Shown here: positions 9,070-17,975 of the stretch, piece after piece
Layout of the letters: each line of letters begins with the position of its first letter
How positions within the stretch are numbered: position 1 is the stretch's first letter
Source of the DNA: Nanobdellota archaeon
Lineage (GTDB): Archaea > Nanobdellota > Nanobdellia > SCGC-AAA011-G17 > GW2011-AR17
Direction: 5' to 3'
DNA: 45,275 nt
NCBI GenBank assembly: GCA_013329215.1
Contig: DUKS01000029.1
Span: forward strand, 426-45,700
The notes under the pieces: generated by a model
The model's input: the letters and a program-made list of their open reading frames with translations, nothing else
What the model was told of the DNA's origin: nothing
Database searches by the model: none
Program-made: the position numbers and the translations under genes

Positions 9070-9243
9070 CTATTTTTCTGAGTTTTCCTGCTCTTGCTTA
9101 TACTGCAGCCTGTATTTTCCCCATTTGTCTTCAGGCGAGAATTTTGCCGGCTTTGTGGAAAGCGCTGTAGAGCCGCATCTTGGGCATGTTTCATGCATAG
9201 TGTACTCTTTGCATTTTTTGCAATATAGAATATGTTTTGCCAT
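9070..9243 (-). CDS. nop10: Nop10 (H/ACA RNP protein); not in ORF track
   Basis: Hand translation MAKHILYCKKCKEYTMHETCPRCGSTALSTKPAKFSPEDKWGKYR...; directly downstream of aIF2alpha. Confidence 0.93.
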   Translation of the reverse strand: MAKHILYCKKCKEYTMHETCPRCGSTALSTKPAKFSPEDKWGKYRLQYKQEQENSEK

Positions 9244-10037
9244 TATTCTTCTCTCTTGAAGCTTCCTGAGCCGCCCGCTTTCTTAATTTCAGCAATGATA
9301 GCATTGCACACTTTTTCCATTGCTTCCTCTGATTCCTTGTAATCATGCGTTGTTATTTCAAGCCTGTAGTGCGGCGCGCTGTTGTATGTAATGCCGCCTT
9401 TGTAATTGTTCTCTTTGATGGCAGTTTCCCCTGCCTTCAATGCTTTCCGTATGGCTTCAACGCCGCTTTCATCATTGCTTTCCAGCGTCAGCTCGGCAAC
9501 AACTCTTGCCTCCGGCGGCTTTATCCTTTCTTTTATAACTTCAAACAATTCCGTTACATAATTCTCAGGCAGGCCCATCTCTTTCAAAACGCTTTCGCCG
9601 TTCACTGAAACATCATGGAAGCATGCTGTTAAAGTCCCGTATTCCTCCTTTATTTTGTTGCCTGCCTTTTCATATACATCCTGCAGCGTTGTCTTCAGCT
9701 TTTGCGCGACAACCTCAAGTATTTTTTCAGACTTTTGCTCCTGCTTGAACTCATCTTCCTTTTTCAGCCTCTGCTGCAGTGAAACTCTCCTCAAAGACAG
9801 GTCGATAGTGCCCCGGTCCCTGTTTAGCTGCAGGACCTTGCATACGACTTCCTTGTCCTCTTTTACATAATCCCTTATGTTCCTTATCCTTCCGGGAGCT
9901 ATCTCGGAAATGTGGATCATGGCTTCCCTGTTGCCGTATTCCACCAAATCAACAAAAACAGAATGGGGGAGGATTTTTCTTACTGTGCAGAGCACCAATT
10001 CCCCTTCTTCAGGGACGCCTTTTTTCATGTAAACCAT
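9243..10037 (-). CDS. eif2a: Translation initiation factor aIF2 alpha subunit
   Basis: S1 domain PEEGELVLCTV...IHISEIAPGRIRNIRDYV...IDLSLRRV; C-terminal APHYR. Confidence 0.96.
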   Translation of the reverse strand: MVYMKKGVPEEGELVLCTVRKILPHSVFVDLVEYGNREAMIHISEIAPGRIRNIRDYVKEDKEVVCKVLQLNRDRGTIDLSLRRVSLQQRLKKEDEFKQEQKSEKILEVVAQKLKTTLQDVYEKAGNKIKEEYGTLTACFHDVSVNGESVLKEMGLPENYVTELFEVIKERIKPPEARVVAELTLESNDESGVEAIRKALKAGETAIKENNYKGGITYNSAPHYRLEITTHDYKESEEAMEKVCNAIIAEIKKAGGSGSFKREE

Positions 10038-10080
10038 GTTATGGATTAGAAAAGAGGCTACTATTTAAAAGTTTGCCCTT

Positions 10081-10254
10081 TTACAGAACTTCAATTATCT
10101 TTGCCTTTATTGAGCTTTTCCCGCCGACCGGGGATGCGAGCACTGTGTTGCACACAAGGCACTTGACTTCTGTTGCGCATTTGCCGAAGATTATCTGCTC
10201 ATTCTTGCAGTTCGCGCATTTTACTTTTATGAATTTTCCCTTTGATTCTACCAT
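10081..10254 (-). CDS. rps27e: Ribosomal protein S27e; not in ORF track
   Basis: Hand translation MVESKGKFIKVKCANCKNEQIIFGKCATEVKCLVCNTVLASPVGGKSSIKAKIIEVL. Confidence 0.95.
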   Translation of the reverse strand: MVESKGKFIKVKCANCKNEQIIFGKCATEVKCLVCNTVLASPVGGKSSIKAKIIEVL

Positions 10255-10318
10255 TTTCACTTCACTCCGTTTCGTTCAAGGGTTTCCTTCGCTTCGCTCG
10301 GAAACCATTTTTTCTCCT

Positions 10319-10639
10319 TTAAGACTGCGCAATCTCTATCTTCTTTGCCCTGCGCCCGATGTGGACAATGCTTTTGCCGCAGACCTTACATTTTAGGATT
10401 AGATTGACCTTTTTGCTTTTCTTTACCCCGTACCTTTTCCACTTGCTCATGGCCCCCCTTGAAACGCTGCCCAGGTTGCCGAATCCCCTGGCCAGCCCCC
10501 TCTTTCTCATCCTAGTTTTTGAGCCTCTTGACATTGAATGGACTTTATTCTTTCCCTGCTGCCTGTTTTGCGAAACAGCCATTTCCTGGTACTGCTTGCA
10601 CTTCGGGCAGAATTTGCGCATTTTCTTTGGTATTTTCAT
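10319..10639 (-). CDS. rpl44e: Ribosomal protein L44e
   Basis: MKIPK...FCPKC...KKSKKVNLILKCKVCGK zinc ribbon; conserved position before S27e. Confidence 0.93.
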   Translation of the reverse strand: MKIPKKMRKFCPKCKQYQEMAVSQNRQQGKNKVHSMSRGSKTRMRKRGLARGFGNLGSVSRGAMSKWKRYGVKKSKKVNLILKCKVCGKSIVHIGRRAKKIEIAQS

Positions 10640-10705
10640 TTCGCTTCACTCCATTCAAAACTTCCCTTCGCTATCGCTTGGGAAGAATTTTCATTTGTTA
10701 CTCCG

Positions 10706-11410
10706 TTATTTTATTTCAGCATTGCCGCTCTTTACCAGCATTTCAGCAACCATTCCCGGCATCTCTATCTGGTCGTCAGGGTTGAATGGCCCGTACTTGT
10801 TCATATCAGGCCCCATGAACTCCGGGAGCTGGCATTTGATTGTAATGCAGCAACTTCCATCTGATTTATCAGTATTGGTTTTTAAACCTTTCGGTAGCGA
10901 AAGGTCAGGAGCGCCAGCGGCTGAAGCTTTCAGTGCGTCCGAGGGTTCATCAGCGCTTTCCGGTGCAGGAGCCTTATTGCAGCATATCTTCGGCAGCTCA
11001 TGGCTTAAAAGCGCGTGAAGCACCTTCTCCCTGTGCCCTGTCAGCGTGCCCTGCACAAGATTGAACAGCTCTATCTCTTCAGGCAATAAGGCGGAGAAAT
11101 CAAACGCCTTTCCTGAGCACCTTGACTGGAAAACAGCGGCCTGCACGATCTTGTCCTCGCGCCACTTGTATATGTCTGCCAGCAGCTTTTTAGCCTCCCT
11201 AAGCTGCGCCCTTGTCTTGTCAAGCTCCGCAGCGGCAAAAACGCTTTTCTTCTGCTCCTGCGATTCTATTATCGCCTGCTTCTCAGAAAAATATTTCACG
11301 ACATCGTCAAAGAATTTCGCGTCAACTTTCTGTATCTCCGCCCTGTATTTTTCCCTTCTTGCGAGGTCATAGAGAGTGTCAAAAGTAATTATCACTTCTT
11401 TTTCAGCCAT
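10706..11410 (-). CDS. GINS complex subunit (Gins51/Gins15-like)
   Basis: N-terminal 'LYDLARREK...IQKVDAKFF' and C-terminal B domain 'LPEFMGPDMNKYGPF...AEMLVKSG'; sits in the known GINS-L44e-S27e-aIF2a-Nop10 cluster. Confidence 0.88.
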   Translation of the reverse strand: MAEKEVIITFDTLYDLARREKYRAEIQKVDAKFFDDVVKYFSEKQAIIESQEQKKSVFAAAELDKTRAQLREAKKLLADIYKWREDKIVQAAVFQSRCSGKAFDFSALLPEEIELFNLVQGTLTGHREKVLHALLSHELPKICCNKAPAPESADEPSDALKASAAGAPDLSLPKGLKTNTDKSDGSCCITIKCQLPEFMGPDMNKYGPFNPDDQIEMPGMVAEMLVKSGNAEIK

Positions 11411-11469
11411 CTAGACAGGAGAAATGTGTTCTCTTTTAAAAGTATTTCTATGTTGCAAGCAATAGGTTG

Positions 11470-12699
11470 CTAAATCTTTGCCCAAATGTCTTTTCCGAGG
11501 ATTGTCCCGAGGCTGCCCCTCCTGCATTCCCTCTCTGTGAATGAGGCCAGGTTGTCCTTGCTCTTCCCGTCAAAAACAAGCAAAGGCACGGGGTCTGCCG
11601 AGTGCGCTTTCAGCTGACACGGCGTTGAATGGTCAGAAGTGACTATTATTCTTGCATCAAGCTTCCTTATGGCTGAGAACAGCTTTTTGTCTATAAGCTC
11701 AATCATTTTCTTCTTTTCCAGCGGCTTTCCGTCATGGCCGGGGATGTCTGTCTCTTTTATATGGATGTAGAACGCATTGAACCTGTTCCAGTCTGATTTC
11801 AGGTACTTTAATGAATCCCTTATCTCTGCATTAAGGCAGTCGTAGAGATGCTTATAGACGTCTATCGCCTTTATTTCCGGATAATTGACTTTAAGGATTT
11901 TCATGCCTGCAAGCTCTGCAATCCCTATCTCAAGCGGCATTCCTACAATTGCAGCCCAGCCTTTCTTTTTTGGGAATTCCGGGAGCCTGTTGCCTGCATC
12001 CCTCACCAGTATTGCGTTTGCCTGCAAAATCCCTTTCTTTCCCCTTGCAATGTTTACAGGGTCGTTTTCAAGCACTTTCCTGCTTTTCTCAACAAACTCG
12101 TTTATTATTGATGCTGTTTCCTCAGCTTCCCTTCCAAGCGGCTGGCACTCCTGGATTTCATTTGCAAATGCTTTTGCAACTCCGAAAGTGCCCTGCTTTT
12201 CATATGCAGGGTCCACGTTTGTGATCTTGTCTGAAAATTTGCCGTATAATACCAGGACGCCCCTGTGCTCTGTCGTGCTTTTGAACATGAATTTGCACGG
12301 CAGCTTTACTTTTTTGTTGATTGAATCAGCCAGTGCCTTTGCTTCGTTTGTTGTAAGGCTCCTTCCTGTTCTCCTGTCTAGTATCCTATACCCTTCCATT
12401 GAAGCGAAGTTTGCCCTTAGTGCAAGAAAGCCATTCCCGAGCTTTACGCCTGCGCCGTATGCTTCCAGCGGGCCGCGGCCTGTAAAATACCTGTATGGGT
12501 CATAGCCCAGAATAGCTGTTACTGCAACATCAGACTCTGGCGCAATCCCTTTCCCGACTGTCTGGCATAAGCCGCATATGCCGTTCTTTGCAAGAAAGTC
12601 AAGGTTGGGCTTTTTTGCCGCTTCATACGGCGTCTTGTTGTTCAGTTCCCTGCAGGGCCTGTCTCCTGCTCCATCAAGCACTATGAAGATTGTTTTCAT
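11470..12699 (-). CDS. apgM: 2,3-BPG-independent phosphoglycerate mutase (archaeal type)
   Basis: Motifs VLDGAGD, PESDVA, GRGPLEA, HIKETDIPGHDG, TSDHSTP, HSADPVP. Confidence 0.93.
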   Translation of the reverse strand: MKTIFIVLDGAGDRPCRELNNKTPYEAAKKPNLDFLAKNGICGLCQTVGKGIAPESDVAVTAILGYDPYRYFTGRGPLEAYGAGVKLGNGFLALRANFASMEGYRILDRRTGRSLTTNEAKALADSINKKVKLPCKFMFKSTTEHRGVLVLYGKFSDKITNVDPAYEKQGTFGVAKAFANEIQECQPLGREAEETASIINEFVEKSRKVLENDPVNIARGKKGILQANAILVRDAGNRLPEFPKKKGWAAIVGMPLEIGIAELAGMKILKVNYPEIKAIDVYKHLYDCLNAEIRDSLKYLKSDWNRFNAFYIHIKETDIPGHDGKPLEKKKMIELIDKKLFSAIRKLDARIIVTSDHSTPCQLKAHSADPVPLLVFDGKSKDNLASFTERECRRGSLGTILGKDIWAKI

Positions 12700-12789
12700 A
12701 TCCCTATTCCTACGCTGAATAGATTTAAAAGACTTTGGAATGGGGCGAATGGCACATATTAGGCGAGCAGGAGAAGCGTCAGCGCGGAT

Positions 12790-13503
12790 TTACTGCTTTG
12801 CGCGCTTCCATAGGTCCATAAAAAATTCACGCAACTGGCCTGCAAATGCCCTGCTTTCAAGCTTGACTGCTGCAGGCGATTCAACCCATGACAACAGAAC
12901 AACATAGTCTCTGAAAATAGTAATGCCCTGCGGCAGGTTGAAGCTTGTGTACCTCAGCTTTAACTTTGTATGCTTTTCCTTTGAATAGTATTTTATGTTT
13001 TTCAGCAGCCTGACATCAAGCCTTTTTTCTTTCCTGCGGGCAGCCAGATTCCTGAAAAACAGGTTTGCCTGTTCTGTTTTATTCTCTTCGTTAATGGAAA
13101 AGACAAGGTATGATTCTTTAGGCTTGGCATCAGAGATTAAGCTTGTGAAAAGGGTGAATATCGCTTTTTGCCCTTCATATAACTCCACGCTTTGCTTTGC
13201 CTGCGTTTTCTGCTTAAGCATAAGCTCAGGCAATGCCTGCTCAACCTGCTTCTTCTTTTCTTCAATGTAAGCAACCAGCGCCTTGGGGCTTGATGCCTGG
13301 TAATGCTTTACATTATTCCTGATTACATATGTTACTAATCCCCGCTTGGCGAGCTTGTCCATTACCTCATATATCTTGGATGAAGGTATGCCTGTTTTCT
13401 TTACAATGGCTCCTGCCTTGGACTGGCCGAGCTCTGCAAGCGCAGTATAACAGACGCTTTCGCTCCTGTTCAGCCCAATCTCCTGCAAAATATCTTCAAT
13501 CAT
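12790..13503 (-). CDS. TrmB-family transcriptional regulator
   Basis: N-terminal wHTH 'GLNRSESVCYTAL...TGIPSSKIYEVMDKLAKRGLV', then 'VELYEG'. Confidence 0.9.
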   Translation of the reverse strand: MIEDILQEIGLNRSESVCYTALAELGQSKAGAIVKKTGIPSSKIYEVMDKLAKRGLVTYVIRNNVKHYQASSPKALVAYIEEKKKQVEQALPELMLKQKTQAKQSVELYEGQKAIFTLFTSLISDAKPKESYLVFSINEENKTEQANLFFRNLAARRKEKRLDVRLLKNIKYYSKEKHTKLKLRYTSFNLPQGITIFRDYVVLLSWVESPAAVKLESRAFAGQLREFFMDLWKRAKQ

Positions 13504-13543
13504 AATATAGGATGCACTCAGGCTGTTTATTAATCTTTCTATT

Positions 13544-13564
13544 ACTACCCCTTTTAGTGGTAGC
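13544..13564. promoter_or_regulatory. Putative TrmB operator ACTACC-N9-GGTAGC
   Basis: Inverted repeat between divergent promoters; a near-identical motif lies next to the second TrmB gene (32975-32994). Confidence 0.55.
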
Positions 13565-13581
13565 TATATATTATCTGCCTT

Positions 13582-14946
13582 ATGCCAAATGCTTATTCCA
13601 TGGCAATACAAGAAAATAGCAGGGAAACAGGAAAGCGCAAAACACTGCAGGAAAGGATAGCTGAGCTTGAATTCCAGCCTGAAGTATATATCTATCCAAC
13701 GCCAAGGGTTTACAAGCCTCTTGATTTTCAATTGAACGCGGCTGATTTTGGCAATGAGCTGAATATTTATGTTCACATACCCTTCTGCAGGCAGATATGC
13801 TCTTTCTGCGGATACCTAAAAATTGCTGGCAGCGACGAAAATCTCAAAGCAGATTACGTTAATGCTGTGATTAAAGAGATTAACATGTACAGCCGGATTT
13901 TAAAAGGCAAAACAATAAAAACACTGCATTTTGGCGGAGGTACGCCTTCTTTGCTTTCAGTATCGCAGCTGGCAAGGCTTATTGATGCTTTAGTTGAAGC
14001 CAACCCAAGAATATTGGAAACATGCGAGGAAGTAAGCATAGAGGCTACGCCTGAATCTGTTGAGCAGGGCAAATTTGAAAATTATAAAGAACTTGGAATA
14101 AACAGGGTTAGCATTGGAGTCCAGACATTAAACAATGCAGAGATTGCTTTATCCCGCAGGCATAATCTGGCTGATTTTTCAATAAGGGCAATAGAAACTC
14201 TCAGAAAAGCAGGCATTCCAAACATAGTAGCTGATTTAATGATTGGAATTGAACACCAGACGCCGGAAAGTTTTGAAGCTTCTGCAAGGGGCTTAATACA
14301 GCTTATGCCGGAAACAGTAGAATTATATGCTTTGGGGCTGATGCCTCAGACAGCTTTGGGAAAACAGCATCATAATTTAATGGGAAACAAAGAAATATAT
14401 CTCTGTTATGATATTGGCAGAATACTATTCTTGGAGGCAGGCTATAAGCAGGATTGCCACAACAGGTATGCAATTCCCAATCGTGGAAGCTTTCTTCAGG
14501 AAGATTATGTGTTTCACGGCATGAGCCTGATTGGGTTTGGCGCAGGCGCAAGAAGCTATGCAGGGAATATGCATTACAGGAATGCTTACAATTCAACCAG
14601 CCCTAAGACGGCAGTTGCGGAATATATGCAAATGATAAATGGCGGGGGATTATCTGTTGAAAGCGGCATTTATTTAAGCGATGATGAAAAAATGCGCCAG
14701 TATGCAATCGGCCATATTGAAGCGCTTGATAAAAAAGAGTTTGAACAGCGCTTTGGGCTTAGTTTTGGTAATGCCTTCCCTGATTTGCACAGTAATTTGT
14801 TAAGGCTGGGGCTGGCGGCTGAAGACAAAGAAAGGCTTGTGCTTACAACAAAAGGTCTGAATTTCCGGGATCTTATCTGCACAGAGCTGTTTTCAAAAGA
14901 TGTGACAGCAGCGGAGGGGACTTATCGCCCAAGGCGCAATGGATAA
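13582..14946 (+). CDS. HemN/HemW-like radical SAM protein
   Basis: Motifs YVHIPFCRQICSFC (CxxxCxxC), HFGGGTPS, IEATPE, GINRVSIGVQT, IGFGAGARS and a HemN_C-like tail. Confidence 0.9.
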   Translation: MPNAYSMAIQENSRETGKRKTLQERIAELEFQPEVYIYPTPRVYKPLDFQLNAADFGNELNIYVHIPFCRQICSFCGYLKIAGSDENLKADYVNAVIKEINMYSRILKGKTIKTLHFGGGTPSLLSVSQLARLIDALVEANPRILETCEEVSIEATPESVEQGKFENYKELGINRVSIGVQTLNNAEIALSRRHNLADFSIRAIETLRKAGIPNIVADLMIGIEHQTPESFEASARGLIQLMPETVELYALGLMPQTALGKQHHNLMGNKEIYLCYDIGRILFLEAGYKQDCHNRYAIPNRGSFLQEDYVFHGMSLIGFGAGARSYAGNMHYRNAYNSTSPKTAVAEYMQMINGGGLSVESGIYLSDDEKMRQYAIGHIEALDKKEFEQRFGLSFGNAFPDLHSNLLRLGLAAEDKERLVLTTKGLNFRDLICTELFSKDVTAAEGTYRPRRNG

Positions 14947-15511
14947 GGTAATAATTATTTTCGGGTTTTCCGGCTCAGGAAAATCTACATTAGCTAACCT
15001 CATCGGAAAGAAATATGGCCTGCGGGTTGTCCATCCTTCAGGCATACTGCGGAACCTGTGCGAAGGCAAGCCTGTGGATATTAAAAATACAAGGCACAAC
15101 ACCGGGTTTTGGGAGACTGAAGAAGGCATAAGATTGTTCAAAAGCAGATTGGAAGAAAAAGAGCCTTCTGATGCTGTTTCAGACAGGCTGCTGTTGAAAG
15201 AAGTCAGCAAGGGCGATGTAGTCATCGACAGCTGGAGCCTTCCGTGGCTTGCTTCTAACGGAATAAAAATCTATCTTGAAGCAGATTTGGATGTAAGGGC
15301 TGAAAGGGTTGCAAAGAGGGACAGCATTAGCTATTCTCGTGCAAAACACATAGTTTCTATGAAAGACGAAGAAACACAAAAGCTGTTCAAAAGAATGTAT
15401 GGGTTTGATATTAAGAAAGACTATACTGTTTTTGTTTATGTGATTAATACAAACAGGCTTGGCAAACGCGAGGTTTTTAGATTGCTGTGCGATTATTTGG
15501 GCAAATGCTAG
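14939..15511 (+). CDS. Cytidylate-kinase-like nucleoside monophosphate kinase
   Basis: P-loop GFSGSGKST and 'IKIYLEADLDVRAERVAKRD'; overlaps the upstream stop by 8 nt. Confidence 0.85.
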   Translation: MDKVIIIFGFSGSGKSTLANLIGKKYGLRVVHPSGILRNLCEGKPVDIKNTRHNTGFWETEEGIRLFKSRLEEKEPSDAVSDRLLLKEVSKGDVVIDSWSLPWLASNGIKIYLEADLDVRAERVAKRDSISYSRAKHIVSMKDEETQKLFKRMYGFDIKKDYTVFVYVINTNRLGKREVFRLLCDYLGKC

Positions 15512-15568
15512 AAAGAACAGCACTTAACAGGGAACTTATTTAAATCTTGCTGCTTTCTTAATAAAATA

Positions 15569-16072
15569 ATGGAGCAGTACTGGATGCCAAAGAGGCTTGA
15601 TTTTAGGAATCTCAGGCTTTGCCTTGACAATTATGCTGCTGATTTCCTATATATAAGGGACTGCGGCGGCGTCAGGGAAGACGGGAAATACAGCTGCCAT
15701 GGGCGGGTTAAAGTTAATGAAAGCCTTGAGGGAAAAACGCTTGATTTCAGGAAAGACAAATCAGGGCTGCACCTGCTTATTGACTCAAACGAAGTGTTTC
15801 ATTTTCCTTTGCAGCGTTATGATAAGGGATTCTCTCTTGCCTACGAGCGCATTCAGCCTACCGAAGACGGCATTGGGGTGATGGTTTGTTTAAGCACAGG
15901 GGTTTATCCCTATCACCATACACTTCCGGAGCCGAGAAGGTCTTTCTTAAGGAATGTTCTTGATGATCACCTTATTGAAATCTTCTTTAAGGGGCGGGTT
16001 CATATCAAATTCCATTCATGGTGGCAGAAGCCGCATTGGAAGTATTGGACAGTGAAGCTGCCTTCTGGATAA
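15569..16072 (+). CDS. Hypothetical protein
   Basis: 167-aa ORF with own TATA box; aromatic C-terminus FHSWWQKPHWKYW. Confidence 0.65.
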   Translation: MEQYWMPKRLDFRNLRLCLDNYAADFLYIRDCGGVREDGKYSCHGRVKVNESLEGKTLDFRKDKSGLHLLIDSNEVFHFPLQRYDKGFSLAYERIQPTEDGIGVMVCLSTGVYPYHHTLPEPRRSFLRNVLDDHLIEIFFKGRVHIKFHSWWQKPHWKYWTVKLPSG

Positions 16073-16105
16073 CCTATTTAAACATGGCATCCATTACCTC
16101 TTTAT

Positions 16106-17098
16106 ATGAAACTAAAGCAAAAGCCCGAAGACTTTATCGTGAGGGAGATTGCAAACATACCATTCTCTCCTGAAGGCGATTATGCCTACTTCTTGCTGAG
16201 AAAACGGGAATGGAACACGATGGACGCTGTCAAGGAGATTGCCGGCAGGCTTTCAATTGAGCAAAAGCGGATAAGCTATGCAGGAATCAAGGACAGGAAT
16301 GCCTTGACAGAGCAGTACATTTCAATGCACGGCATCAAAAAGGAAAGGATACAGCCGCTTTTGATAAAAGACATTGAGCTTGTGTTTGCAGGCTATGGAA
16401 CAGAAAGAATGAGCAGTGAGATGCTTGTTGGCAATGCATTCAAGATTACAATAAGAGGGCTTGACAATGAAATAAGGCTTGAGCCTAAATTAGTGCCCAA
16501 TTACTTTGACGACCAGAGGTTCGGGATAAAGGCCAAAAACCATCTTGCGGGAAAAGCCGTTGTAAAGAGGGACTTTTCAAAAGCGTGCGGGCTTATGGGA
16601 ATAAATGCGCCTGACAATAATTATGTTGTTGCCCTGATGGCTAAAAAGGACTTGCTTGTCCTCTGCTTCAATGCTTACCAGTCTTACCTGTTCAACATTG
16701 CTCTTGCGGAATATGTGAGAAAACACGCTTCAAATGCGGTTGAAGCAAAATATTCGGCAGGCCTGCTTGTGTTTGGCGATGTGTCAAAAGCAAGGAACAT
16801 TGCAATGCCTTTGGTGCATTTTGACACTGAGATTGAGGATGAAGAGCTGAAACACATTTATGAAAAGGTTTTGCACGCAGAGGGGATAAGGCTTTCTGAT
16901 TTCCTTGTGAGGCAGCTGCCGAACCTGGTACAAAGCTCTCCCACGCGAATGGCTTTTGTCGCTGTGAAGGATTACAAGGTTTTGGAATATTCAGATGACG
17001 AGCTTAATCCCGGGAAGAAAACGCAGGTTGTGTCGTTTTCACTCCCTAAAGGCGCGTATGGTACAATCGTTCTTAAGTGGCTGGAAGCGATGAAGTAG
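16106..17098 (+). CDS. truD: tRNA pseudouridine(13) synthase TruD
   Basis: Motifs KQKPEDFIVRE, YAGIKDRNALTEQ, GNAFKI, PNYFDDQRFG, FSLPKGAYGT. Confidence 0.95.
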   Translation: MKLKQKPEDFIVREIANIPFSPEGDYAYFLLRKREWNTMDAVKEIAGRLSIEQKRISYAGIKDRNALTEQYISMHGIKKERIQPLLIKDIELVFAGYGTERMSSEMLVGNAFKITIRGLDNEIRLEPKLVPNYFDDQRFGIKAKNHLAGKAVVKRDFSKACGLMGINAPDNNYVVALMAKKDLLVLCFNAYQSYLFNIALAEYVRKHASNAVEAKYSAGLLVFGDVSKARNIAMPLVHFDTEIEDEELKHIYEKVLHAEGIRLSDFLVRQLPNLVQSSPTRMAFVAVKDYKVLEYSDDELNPGKKTQVVSFSLPKGAYGTIVLKWLEAMK

Positions 17099-17127
17099 AA
17101 GAATCCCGGTGTGGTTATTGGCGCGTG

Positions 17128-17277
17128 CTATCTTTTCTCTATCGTGTTAATAAATCCTGTTGCAATCAGCAGGACTGCGAATATGAAAAGTAAAAGCGGA
17201 ATCCTGCTGTATGCGTATGCCAAAGCGCCGAAGATTGCGCTTATGATCCCTGTCAGTTTAATGTTTTCCCAAGGCAT
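17128..17277 (-). CDS. 49-aa two-TM membrane peptide, last gene of putative RiPP operon; not in ORF track
   Basis: Hand translation MPWENIKLTGIISAIFGALAYAYSRIPLLLFIFAVLLIATGFINTIEKR; starts 3 nt after the methyltransferase stop. Confidence 0.6.
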   Translation of the reverse strand: MPWENIKLTGIISAIFGALAYAYSRIPLLLFIFAVLLIATGFINTIEKR

Positions 17278-17279
17278 GC

Positions 17280-17975
17280 CTATTGCCTCCTACAGATGAT
17301 ATAGACTGTTGTTTTATCTTTTATTGTCCTAATGCAATCAAACCCAGTATTCTTAAGCACTTCTTTTATTGCATTTAGAGGGAATATCCGCATTTCGTGC
17401 CAGTCTGATTCTTCAATCTTGCTTCTTGTATTAAGAAAGGTAAAGTGGTTTGTCAGCTTTGGGAATTGTATAAACGTGCTTTGTATTAGCTTATCCTTTT
17501 TGCTTAGGTCCCACAGAAATGTTGAATCTTTTGCCTTTCTCAGCAGGTTTGGGCTTATCACTTGAATGATAAGAACGCCGCCAGGATTAAGACAGCCATG
17601 GCAGGCATTGAATGTTGATTTAAGTTCTTCTCCGTTTCTATTGTACATAATTGTATTATAAAGGCAGATTACCGCATCAACCTTCGTTCTTAACGAGAAT
17701 CTGCGCATATCCATCTTTAAGCATTCAGCCCCTGTCTTTTTTTTGGCGATCGCGAGCATTTCCTTGCTTAAGTCGCTGCAGAGAACCTTGAATCCAAGCT
17801 TGATTAGCTCTGCAGCGTGCGCTCCTGTGCCGCATCCAAGGTCAAGTACTCTATTGCCGTTTGCATTATCTTGTATTATTTTTCCGATAAGCTTTGCTTC
17901 GTCAATGTAATGCTTGCCTGCTGATTGGGCCATTCTGTCATAAAACTGTGCTTTAGTGGTGTAGAGCTTCATCAT
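17280..17975 (-). CDS. Class I SAM-dependent methyltransferase
   Basis: Motifs VLDLGCGTG, DLSKEML, DMRRF, LNPGGVLI; 4-nt overlap with the radical SAM gene. Confidence 0.9.
   Translation of the reverse strand: MMKLYTTKAQFYDRMAQSAGKHYIDEAKLIGKIIQDNANGNRVLDLGCGTGAHAAELIKLGFKVLCSDLSKEMLAIAKKKTGAECLKMDMRRFSLRTKVDAVICLYNTIMYNRNGEELKSTFNACHGCLNPGGVLIIQVISPNLLRKAKDSTFLWDLSKKDKLIQSTFIQFPKLTNHFTFLNTRSKIEESDWHEMRIFPLNAIKEVLKNTGFDCIRTIKDKTTVYIICRRQ

Noticed and set aside
9070-11410. Linkage of a replication gene (GINS) with L44e-S27e-aIF2alpha-Nop10
   Set aside because: This is a well-known conserved archaeal gene cluster, not novel.
13582-14946. Prokaryotic viperin call for the rSAM next to a kinase
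   Set aside because: The motifs (YVHIPFC, GGGTPS, RVSIGVQ, HemN_C tail) are HemN-like, not viperin-like.
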